64,000 bases of DNA from Verrucomicrobiota bacterium (GCA_038748025.1 JBCDJI010000002.1:7089-71088); one strand, 5' to 3'. Positions 27,918-35,481 are shown, counted from the first letter of the stretch. Made by a program: numbers and translations. Notes: a model not told the origin generated them from the letters alone.

Positions 27918-28712
27918 ATGTTGCGCCTGAGCATCGCACTGATACTGCTGCTGCCCGGATGTGCTGCACCGGAACCTCCTGATGAAGAGGTCAGGCGATC
28001 GTCTGCAATGGCGGGGACCCGGCAGATCTCCCGGAACTTCCCCGGTATCAGGCGGAGTGCTTTTATTGTTTTTTCCAGTGATGAACCTATTGGATTTGAT
28101 TTCACATCTGCGGGTTCATCATTTCACTGGGAGTCGGACAGTCCCGGAAAATCCGGCATCTCTAGCGGTCTGGCGACTGCTCTCACCACAGATGGATATC
28201 TTCTGACCGCTGCACATGTTGTCCGGCAGCATTGTGGTGCGGTCGGATTTGTGGATGGCCGCCTGCAGCCTGTCAGATGCAGACTGGTCGGCAAGGGAAG
28301 GGCAGCCGCTGGTGAGGATTTCGCTGTTTTGCACATGGAAGGCCTCGCAAATTACGCGCTGCCACTGAGCAGATTCGACCCCGAATCAGATGCTCTGTAT
28401 GCTTTTTCCCTGCATCGACGCAAATTTCCGGCGTCAGTAGACATCCTTTACGGGCGCCTGCTTGAAGAACAGTATCAATCCGAACTTAAAAAAGGAATAA
28501 TCCTGTGTGATATTCCTTTTTACGCCGGCGACAGTGGCGGCGGTGTTTTGACAGCAGGAGGGAAGTTAATTGGACTTAATTTAGGTTGGGGAAAACGCAT
28601 CTTAAGCGCAAGATCCTACAGACGTGTTTACATTCCGGATCGGGAACGGATTAACCAAATGATACAAGAAGATCGAACCCGGCGTCAGAATCGAAAGGAT
28701 CCTGCAGGGTAA
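27918..28712 (+). CDS. Trypsin-like serine protease lipoprotein
   Basis: Lipobox LPGC, LLTAAHV, EDFAVL, GDSGG. Confidence 0.85.
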   Translation: MLRLSIALILLLPGCAAPEPPDEEVRRSSAMAGTRQISRNFPGIRRSAFIVFSSDEPIGFDFTSAGSSFHWESDSPGKSGISSGLATALTTDGYLLTAAHVVRQHCGAVGFVDGRLQPVRCRLVGKGRAAAGEDFAVLHMEGLANYALPLSRFDPESDALYAFSLHRRKFPASVDILYGRLLEEQYQSELKKGIILCDIPFYAGDSGGGVLTAGGKLIGLNLGWGKRILSARSYRRVYIPDRERINQMIQEDRTRRQNRKDPAG

Positions 28713-28812
28713 TGGAAGGCCGCAACAGCCTGTTTGCTGCAGGCGATAGATGTACCGCTCCTGCTGTTTCTGGAACCTCGACTCGTTTCAGGTCCTCTGC
28801 TACTGTGACAAC

Positions 28813-29802
28813 ATGAAAATTGATAATCAATTCACTGCCGGTATGCGTTACGCCTTGCTGTTGAGTTTAACCGCGGTCTTGCTGGCTCCTTCACCTGCTC
28901 TGTGCCTCAGTGAAGCTGTATTAGCCAAGTTCAATCAGGGATTTGAAAAGCAGGAGCAAGTGGATACCACCATACTGGCACAGGCCAGCGAGATCGCGAA
29001 AAGACTGAGCCTGATCAACCCTCCGGCGAAACCCCGGAAAGTCCTGGTTTACGGTATTTCCCATGGTCCTCACCGCAACAGCATTCCGACTGCTATGGCG
29101 GTAATTGACATGCTGGGAAAAACGACCGGAGCATTTGAGGCGCTCTGCACCACTGAACTGTCTTATTTTGAGCCCGAAGCGCTCAAAAAATTTGATGCCG
29201 TTGTCTTTCCCAATACGACAGGAGATGTGTTTGTGCGGCCGCTGATCCGGGACCAGTTTAAGGCCCTATCTGCGGATGAACGGAACCGGCAAAACCAAAA
29301 CGCCGAGCGCCTGGCACAGAACCTGGCCGACTTCGTCAGCGCAGGTGGAGGATTTTTCGGAACTCATGGAGCCACCGATTCCAACAAGAAGATTCCCGTC
29401 TATGTCGATATGATCGGAGCAGCCTTTAGCGGACACCCATGGAATGGTGGTGCCCATGTCATGATCCGGGTTGAAGAGCCGGATCATGGGCTGATCAAAA
29501 ACATTTTTCCGGGACCTGAATTCACGTTCAAGGATGAAATCTACGAGTTCAAAAGCTTTTCCAGGGACCGGTGCCGCGTTCTCTTATCCCTGAATATTGA
29601 AAAGTCAGAAGAACCGACCAAGCCGATCAAAGGAGAACATTATATCCCGGTGACCTGGCTCAAAAATTACGGTGACGGACGGGTTCTTTACCAGAGTCTG
29701 GGACATAACCGATCCAGTTGGGGTAATGAAATGTTCCTGAAGTTTATGCTGGCAGGCCTGCAGTATGCCGTCGGGGATCATCCGGCCGAAGACTCGTATT
29801 AA
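28813..29802 (+). CDS. ThuA-like domain protein, secreted
   Basis: HRNSIP, FDAVVFPNTTG, GGGFFGTHGATD, GHPW, DEIYEF, YGDGRVLYQSLGH. Confidence 0.85.
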   Translation: MKIDNQFTAGMRYALLLSLTAVLLAPSPALCLSEAVLAKFNQGFEKQEQVDTTILAQASEIAKRLSLINPPAKPRKVLVYGISHGPHRNSIPTAMAVIDMLGKTTGAFEALCTTELSYFEPEALKKFDAVVFPNTTGDVFVRPLIRDQFKALSADERNRQNQNAERLAQNLADFVSAGGGFFGTHGATDSNKKIPVYVDMIGAAFSGHPWNGGAHVMIRVEEPDHGLIKNIFPGPEFTFKDEIYEFKSFSRDRCRVLLSLNIEKSEEPTKPIKGEHYIPVTWLKNYGDGRVLYQSLGHNRSSWGNEMFLKFMLAGLQYAVGDHPAEDSY

Positions 29803-29810
29803 AAGACGGC

Positions 29811-30440
29811 ATGCTTCATCATCAAAAGATAATGGCTTCGGTTCACTTACCCGTATTACGGATCCTGTTATTTTTCAGCCTGCTGGCCGGATTGGTCGGG
29901 GCAGGCTGCTCCTCATCTTCCGAAACATCCACATCCGGGCAGGGTTGGATCGAGTTGTTCGATGGAGCCACCTTGCTGGGATGGAAAGCACAGGGAGAAG
30001 TTAACTGGCGCGTCGAAAACGGTGCTATTGTGGCTGATGAAGGGGAAATCAGCTTGCTCACCACTGAGCAGCAGTTCCTGAACTATGAACTCGAACTGGA
30101 GTTCAAAGCCGCTCCAGATACAAACAGTGGCGTGTTTCTGAATTCTGAAGCGATCGTTACCAATGAAGCGACCGATTGCTATGAGGTGAATATCGCACCG
30201 CCCGGCAATGATTTTCCGACCGGCAGTCTGGTCAAGTTCAAGCGTATTGAAGGACAGGGCGAAACAGATACCTGGCGCGCTTACCGTCTGCGTGTTGAGC
30301 ATGGCACTATTTCGGTAGTGTTGGATGGCGTGCCGCTGATGGAACACACGGTTTATCCTGCGCGACCCGCTGGTTACATCGGGCTGCAGAAAAACCGGGG
30401 GCGTATCGCTTTCCGCAATATCCGAATCCGTTCCCTCTAA
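29811..30440 (+). CDS. DUF1080 (3-keto-disaccharide hydrolase) lipoprotein
   Basis: GWIELFDGATLLGW, WRVENGAI, NSGVF, YEVNI, GYIGLQ, FRNIRIR. Confidence 0.88.
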   Translation: MLHHQKIMASVHLPVLRILLFFSLLAGLVGAGCSSSSETSTSGQGWIELFDGATLLGWKAQGEVNWRVENGAIVADEGEISLLTTEQQFLNYELELEFKAAPDTNSGVFLNSEAIVTNEATDCYEVNIAPPGNDFPTGSLVKFKRIEGQGETDTWRAYRLRVEHGTISVVLDGVPLMEHTVYPARPAGYIGLQKNRGRIAFRNIRIRSL

Positions 30441-30601
30441 CCTGGATCCGAAGCCATTGGTATTTTCCCAGACAGGCAATCGCCGGAGTTTGTCTGCCCG
30501 ATAGAAACGCAATTCACCTCCTGCCAGCCATTGGACTGTTCCGCTTTCATCGCTTGCACTTCCGCCGGAATCCGGACAAAATCCCATCAGGAACTTCGCT
30601 T

Positions 30602-30931
30602 ATGCCTATTTCATTCCCGCTCTCTCCTGCCCGTTTGGCCATCTGGCTGGTCTCTTTTTTCAGTCCCACCATTTATTTCGTGTTGTTACTGGTCGCTGAA
30701 CAACTGGCACTGAACCCATTATCTGAAAAAATCATTATCTTCCTGTTCTGTCTGATTCCGTTAGCTGCCTTGCTGATCTGTGAATTTCTGGTCTGGCAGG
30801 CCAGCCGCGACGGCACCCGCCGCAGCGGCTGGATGTGGTTTACCATGTTGGGACTGGTGTTCCAGTTCGGGGTCATCATCGCTATTGTGTTGATGGCGAC
30901 CCGTTATGTCGGATATTTTCCTGCCGGATAA
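30602..30931 (+). CDS. Hypothetical membrane protein (3 TM)
   Basis: Three hydrophobic segments; fills the gap between co-oriented genes. Confidence 0.6.
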   Translation: MPISFPLSPARLAIWLVSFFSPTIYFVLLLVAEQLALNPLSEKIIIFLFCLIPLAALLICEFLVWQASRDGTRRSGWMWFTMLGLVFQFGVIIAIVLMATRYVGYFPAG

Positions 30932-30960
30932 GATCGCCAAACTGACGTTCGTCCGGTAGG

Positions 30961-31422
30961 ATGCAATATGCCATGGCAGACTGGTATTCCAGCATCCCCA
31001 TCTTTGCAGGTATTTCTGCAACCGCGCTGGAACAACTATCCACTTCCGCAGAAGTGCTGAAATTTCAAGCCGGACGGCTGCTTTTTTCTCAAGGAGAACC
31101 GGGTCATTCGTTTTATCTTATCGAATCCGGTGAGGTGGAAGTTTTTCAGGTGATGGATGGCGGACATGAGAAACAGATTGCCCTGCTGCCGCAGGGTGAT
31201 TTCTTCGGTGACATGGCTATCCTGGAGTGTGCTCCCCGTTCTGCCAGTGTGCGCACCACGCAAACCTCCCTGCTGCACGAAATCACTACTGCAGATCTGC
31301 ATCAGCTCTATAAAAGTATGCCAGATCAGTATTCGATACTGATCCTCAACATCGCCCGTGACCTGGCCCGGCGGCTGCATAAAATGGACAATCAGTTCAG
31401 CTACCGCAAGGCGGCAGATTGA
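30961..31422 (+). CDS. Single-domain cyclic nucleotide-binding protein
   Basis: LFSQGEPG, FYLIESGEVEV, GDFFGDMAIL, PRSASV; no HTH follows. Confidence 0.88.
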   Translation: MQYAMADWYSSIPIFAGISATALEQLSTSAEVLKFQAGRLLFSQGEPGHSFYLIESGEVEVFQVMDGGHEKQIALLPQGDFFGDMAILECAPRSASVRTTQTSLLHEITTADLHQLYKSMPDQYSILILNIARDLARRLHKMDNQFSYRKAAD

Positions 31423-31431
31423 AACTACGCT

Positions 31432-31460
31432 TTGCTAACTCAGCTGATTCGGAATATACT
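31432..31460 (+). promoter_or_regulatory. Sigma70-type promoter positioned for a leaderless transcript
   Basis: TTGCTA (31432-37), 17 nt, TATACT (31455-60), 7 nt, ATG 31468. Confidence 0.6.
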
Positions 31461-31467
31461 GTTCATT

Positions 31468-31812
31468 ATGAAGCAAGCTATTGCCCTCCTGCTCTCAGGC
31501 CTGCTGGTTTGCTCCGTCATCGGGGCGAGCCAGCAGTCGTCACATGTCTGGGTGCAGGTCGCCAAAGCGTCTCATACGTGCACCGATGGGAAATGTTGCT
31601 CGCAAAAGAAAGGATCCGAACCGGAACGCCAGACAAAATGCCCCTGCGGGCCGTGTGACATTGCTATCCCTCCGGCAACGGTTCCACTTTCGCTGCCGGA
31701 AGCCACCCGGTTTTTGGGAAAACCTTGTCTGCCATCTGAAGATCTACTGGCTCTGTCCATTCTTTTTTCGTCTCTGAACTGGTCTCCGCCGGTTCCTCCG
31801 CCACAGCATTAA
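31468..31812 (+). CDS. Putative metal-sensing leader/arrest peptide 1 (DUF2946/CutF-like architecture)
   Basis: Signal peptide, HTC...CC, CPCGPC, C-terminal SPPVPPPQH. Confidence 0.65.
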   Translation: MKQAIALLLSGLLVCSVIGASQQSSHVWVQVAKASHTCTDGKCCSQKKGSEPERQTKCPCGPCDIAIPPATVPLSLPEATRFLGKPCLPSEDLLALSILFSSLNWSPPVPPPQH

Positions 31813-31888
31813 GCGTTACCCGATTAAATTGTGCCCCGGATGCGGCACAAATGACCCGTTCCGTTGTATTCAAACGAAAGGAGCTTTA

Positions 31889-32035
31889 ATGAAGGCGCTA
31901 TTTATTATATTAGCAACATGCAGTGTGATCTTGCTTGCAACAGCTTCAGATCAGACAGCATGCCGGAAATGCTGTGGCGACAACTGTGCCGCCTGTTGTG
32001 GCGAAGGTGGCTGTGAAGCCTGCTGCGGCACATAA
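31889..32035 (+). CDS. 48-aa secreted Cys-rich metallothionein-like peptide
   Basis: SD AAAGGAG upstream of ATG 31889; signal peptide, then CRKCCG-CAACCG-CEACCG. Confidence 0.7.
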   Translation: MKALFIILATCSVILLATASDQTACRKCCGDNCAACCGEGGCEACCGT

Positions 32036-32049
32036 GCAGAATAGACCTG

Positions 32050-32103
32050 AATACCCCGGACAGACACGTCCGGGGTGTTTGGGGCGCTGCCCAAACACCC
32101 CGG
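32050..32103. terminator. Two overlapping, mutually exclusive hairpins (terminator or switch)
   Basis: Hairpin A 32050-61/32068-79; hairpin B is a perfect 14-bp stem CCGGGGTGTTTGGG/CCCAAACACCCCGG (32070-83/32090-103). Confidence 0.55.
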
Positions 32104-32104
32104 C

Positions 32105-32133
32105 TTGACGTAAACAGATCCCGAGACTATGTT
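32105..32133 (+). promoter_or_regulatory. Sigma70-type promoter positioned for a leaderless transcript
   Basis: TTGACG (32105-10), 17 nt, TATGTT (32128-33), 6 nt, GTG 32140. Confidence 0.55.
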
Positions 32134-32139
32134 TCCATC

Positions 32140-32472
32140 GTGAAAAAACTGCTGTCAGTATTACTGACGTGCCTAACCGTATATTTGCTGATCAGTTATG
32201 TGCTGGAACCCGGTTTCAGCAAAATCAGCAGTTCGCCGCCGGTTCATCACCACGATGGTGAACCTTGTGACTCCCAGGATGATACGCGATCTTCTCATCA
32301 TTGTTCCTGTGTTCCGTGCAAGGTTCCGCACGCACAACCGCTTTATGCTATTTCAGGCCCGTCCCTGCTGATCTACACCCCCATACCATTGCGGTGGTTT
32401 CAGCCTGATCATTTTCAGATGATTTCTCATCTGACCTCTCCAACCGTCCCGCCTCCACGCGACCTGGTTTAA
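32140..32472 (+). CDS. Putative metal-sensing leader/arrest peptide 2 (DUF2946/CutF-like architecture)
   Basis: Signal/anchor sequence, HHHDGEPC, HHCSCVPC, C-terminal SPTVPPPRDLV. Confidence 0.65.
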   Translation: MKKLLSVLLTCLTVYLLISYVLEPGFSKISSSPPVHHHDGEPCDSQDDTRSSHHCSCVPCKVPHAQPLYAISGPSLLIYTPIPLRWFQPDHFQMISHLTSPTVPPPRDLV

Positions 32473-32615
32473 TTCCTGATCCGCACGCGCGGATTATTAT
32501 TGCTCAGGTCCTTTGCGGGCAGAGGGCCATTTACCTTGGTATTGCAATGCCACCGGAGGCGCATGCGTTTTCAACGCAGGCCTCGCCATTAAATGAAAGT
32601 TAAGGATTTAAATCT

Positions 32616-33035
32616 GTGAACACACACATGAAATTATGGATCGCTATGCTGTTTGCGATCGGGCTGTTGATTCCAGCGGGGATCACAGCGGAAGAAAAAT
32701 CAGCGTCTCATAAATCACGTCATGCGGCGGTCTTGTCCGCCCTGCAGTCAGAACCCAACATCGCGTCCGTATATGCCCGGGGAGCCTGCTGCCCCTCGTG
32801 TGCCATCGGAATCCGCATTAAAATCAGTAAACTCGACTTCGTTGACCGCAAACGCTTCAGCAGAGGAGTCCGGCTTGATTCCAAACATGAGTTGGTTCAT
32901 GTCGCCATCCAGCCGGATCATTCGGCAGATGTGAGTCTTATTGGTCAAGCTATCGTCGATGCCGGTTACGATCCGGTGAGTGCCCATACACTCATAGAGG
33001 GCAAGCTAGTCACCACTTCACTTAAAAAACGATAG
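32616..33035 (+). CDS. Periplasmic heavy-metal-associated (HMA/MerP-like) protein
   Basis: Signal peptide, RGACCPSC (GxxCxxC), C-terminal AIVDAGY HMA signature; alternative start ATG 32628. Confidence 0.75.
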   Translation: MNTHMKLWIAMLFAIGLLIPAGITAEEKSASHKSRHAAVLSALQSEPNIASVYARGACCPSCAIGIRIKISKLDFVDRKRFSRGVRLDSKHELVHVAIQPDHSADVSLIGQAIVDAGYDPVSAHTLIEGKLVTTSLKKR

Positions 33036-33043
33036 CAGTTGCC

Positions 33044-33862
33044 ATGAAGTCACGAATATTGCAGTGGTTCATTCTGAGCCTACTAGTGCAATCCGGCGCC
33101 CTGGCAGCTCAGCCTGTCTTCAGTGAAATGCCCCGCTGGGACAATGGATGGGGTTTTCAGGTCGTTAACGAGTACCGCACAGAACGTGAATTACTTTCCG
33201 GGGAGGATACCATTGGTTCCGGGTTGTCTGAAGATGTGCACATCATGCATCTCGAAGGGGTTTATACCTGGGACCGGTCCATCCGCCTGACCATGAAACT
33301 GCCCTATGTGATTTCCGCTCGTCGGGAACTTCCCGGTCCGGGCGGTGGAAAAATGGTGCAACGTGATGAAGGGATTGGTGACATGACACTGGCACTGCCA
33401 CTTAAGAAATACTTCAATCTGGATGGTCGCAGTGGTTCCTGGACCTTAGCCCCTCAATTGAGAATACCCTTATCCGGCAGTGACGAGTATGAAATTTACG
33501 ACAACGTCTGGGGTCATGGTCTATCGCTCGGATATGAGACCGAAACGCACCGCTGGATCTTTGGTGCCGGTTCCACCGCCTGGATTTATCATAATGACGA
33601 ACCCATCGAAACGGAACTCGATCTGAAGCTGGGAATGAACTTCCAGGCCTTTCGAGGTTCCGGCAGCATTCAATGGAGGTCATCCTTTCACTACGAGGGA
33701 GATCACTCCATGACGTTCAGCACCGGACCAGTTCTCTACTGGCGTTTTACTGACACCATTCACACGCAATTCCAATGGAAACACGATTTCTATGATCGGC
33801 AGGGAACCATAGATCATGGACGGGGAGACGCCTTCAAATTTGGAGTTGGATTCGTATTTTAA
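33044..33862 (+). CDS. Putative outer-membrane beta-barrel/transporter
   Basis: Signal peptide, amphipathic aromatic-rich strands, GIGDMTL motif, C-terminal FGVGFVF BAM-type signal. Confidence 0.7.
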   Translation: MKSRILQWFILSLLVQSGALAAQPVFSEMPRWDNGWGFQVVNEYRTERELLSGEDTIGSGLSEDVHIMHLEGVYTWDRSIRLTMKLPYVISARRELPGPGGGKMVQRDEGIGDMTLALPLKKYFNLDGRSGSWTLAPQLRIPLSGSDEYEIYDNVWGHGLSLGYETETHRWIFGAGSTAWIYHNDEPIETELDLKLGMNFQAFRGSGSIQWRSSFHYEGDHSMTFSTGPVLYWRFTDTIHTQFQWKHDFYDRQGTIDHGRGDAFKFGVGFVF

Positions 33863-33872
33863 ATTCCCGCAA

Positions 33873-33902
33873 CATGCCCCGCCTGCCTCAGGGTGGGGCA
33901 TG
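33873..33902. terminator. Terminator-like hairpin between convergent genes
   Basis: CATGCCCCGCCT-N6-GGGTGGGGCATG. Confidence 0.55.
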
Positions 33903-33904
33903 CT

Positions 33905-34303
33905 TTAAACCTTCCGTACATTTAATCCCCGGATCATCCGGTAATCGGCAGAGTGATCCGTCAGCAGCATCAGGCTGTGCGCCAGACAGGTGGAAGCCAG
34001 CCAGCCTTCATGCAACCCCAGCGTCGCGGAGCGCCTGCCCAGCCCTTCGCGCAGTGCGGCATGCACCCGGGCAATCGATTCATCAATCGGGAAGATTTCA
34101 AACTTTTCAGCCAATCCCTCGATAAAGGCCATCCGACGGGCACGGTCAGCACCTGCCCTGGACAGGGAGACGCTGCGCAGCAGCTCATCCAAAGTAACCA
34201 CAGAAATCCCGCATACCCCGTCCGCCGGGTTGAGTCCCTGTACCCAGTCGGGCATTTCTCCCGCCAACCGGACCAGCACACCTGAATCGAGCAAGACATT
34301 CAT
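33905..34303 (-). CDS. PIN-domain (VapC-like) toxin
   Basis: VLLDSGVL, ISVVTLDELL, FPIDESIARVHA, WLASTCLAHSLMLLT. Confidence 0.8.
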   Translation of the reverse strand: MNVLLDSGVLVRLAGEMPDWVQGLNPADGVCGISVVTLDELLRSVSLSRAGADRARRMAFIEGLAEKFEIFPIDESIARVHAALREGLGRRSATLGLHEGWLASTCLAHSLMLLTDHSADYRMIRGLNVRKV

Positions 34304-34313
34304 ACCACCTACA

Positions 34314-34574
34314 CTACGAAGCCTGTGCTCTTCCCCGTAACTGTTTGAGATCCTCCAGCCAGCGCTCGCGCTCGCGCGGCTCCAGCGCTGGCAGATCCAT
34401 CAGCGCCTGCTGCAGATCCGAAATGGAAATCACAGCCTGAGCCGGTTTGAGTGACGCGACCCGCCGCTTACCGCGAATCAGAAAAAAACTCTCTCCACGA
34501 TAAGCCACCCGGTTCACGAAGTCTGAAAAATTACGCGCCGCTTCCGTAATGGATACATTCTGTCCCTTCATCAA
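34314..34574 (-). CDS. Phd/YefM-family antitoxin
   Basis: SITEAARNFSDFVNRVAYRGESFFLIRGKRRVASL; directly upstream of the PIN gene. Confidence 0.85.
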   Translation of the reverse strand: MMKGQNVSITEAARNFSDFVNRVAYRGESFFLIRGKRRVASLKPAQAVISISDLQQALMDLPALEPRERERWLEDLKQLRGRAQAS

Positions 34575-34605
34575 TATTGCCCAAAATAGTTAAATAATTT
34601 GATTG

Positions 34606-34645
34606 TCAGATTATCTGATTATCAGATATATTGACTCCCGTCAAT
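34606..34645. promoter_or_regulatory. Operator-like interleaved palindromes in the divergent promoter
   Basis: TCAGAT-T-ATCTGA (34606-18) overlapping ATCTGAT-T-ATCAGAT (34613-27), then ATTGAC-TCCC-GTCAAT. Confidence 0.5.
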
Positions 34646-34717
34646 GCGGGTGTGCCTGATTTTGATAATTTTAAAGTAACAGCAGCTCGGATTTTGACCG
34701 TGAACAGGAGATAAAAA

Positions 34718-35455
34718 ATGTTTGGACTGACCGACCCCTCCAGACCGTCAAAGCGGAAAAAAAGGCCGAAGACGAATCTGGAATTTAGTTTTGAAGAGCT
34801 CGACAGCACGGCGAGAGAGACTCAAGAAACAACCTCCACCCGGCAGGGGCCTGTAGAACCGGCAACTGCCCGACCGCAACAGCATACTGCTTCCCCGATT
34901 TCAGAAACGCATCAATCAACCCAAGTCCCGGCTTCCAGCGAAGCCCGGCAGGAAAAAGAAACCATGGACCCCACCATCAATACCCGAACCAACCGACCCC
35001 GCCCGATCGCGCGGGATAACATCAGACGCCAGAAACGTGAACAAGCCACGGTCAATTCCCTGATCCATGGTGTTGGACTGGCCTTTACCTGCAGCATCCT
35101 GATTATTGCGGCTTTAGCCTCGCTTGGCGGATATGTGCTGTACAAACAGCTGAACGATCAGAGTGCCTCACTAGCCATGCTGGAGCAGAATACTAAGCAA
35201 CGCTTCTTTGAAATGGAAACCGACCTGATCAAGCGTGATACTGAGCTGGCCAAAAACCTGGAGCAGACGAATTTGCGACTGATGAACATGACGTCTTCCT
35301 TTGAGGAGTTCCGTAGTCAGAGCATGGAAATGCTGGCGGATCTGCGATCCACCAACCAGACACTGGCCAGGCAGCTCAACCAGGCTCGCCAGGAGAATGC
35401 CGAACAGCGCATGAAGCTGGCGCGGCTGGAAACGAACGTGCGTCTACGCCGTTAG
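34718..35455 (+). CDS. Hypothetical protein: disordered N-terminus, one TM, C-terminal coiled coil
   Basis: SD CAGGAG upstream; hydrophobic GVGLAFTCSILIIAALASLGGYVLY followed by a heptad-rich tail. Confidence 0.7.
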   Translation: MFGLTDPSRPSKRKKRPKTNLEFSFEELDSTARETQETTSTRQGPVEPATARPQQHTASPISETHQSTQVPASSEARQEKETMDPTINTRTNRPRPIARDNIRRQKREQATVNSLIHGVGLAFTCSILIIAALASLGGYVLYKQLNDQSASLAMLEQNTKQRFFEMETDLIKRDTELAKNLEQTNLRLMNMTSSFEEFRSQSMEMLADLRSTNQTLARQLNQARQENAEQRMKLARLETNVRLRR

Positions 35456-35481
35456 GCGACCAAATTCAACAAGGAGGAACC

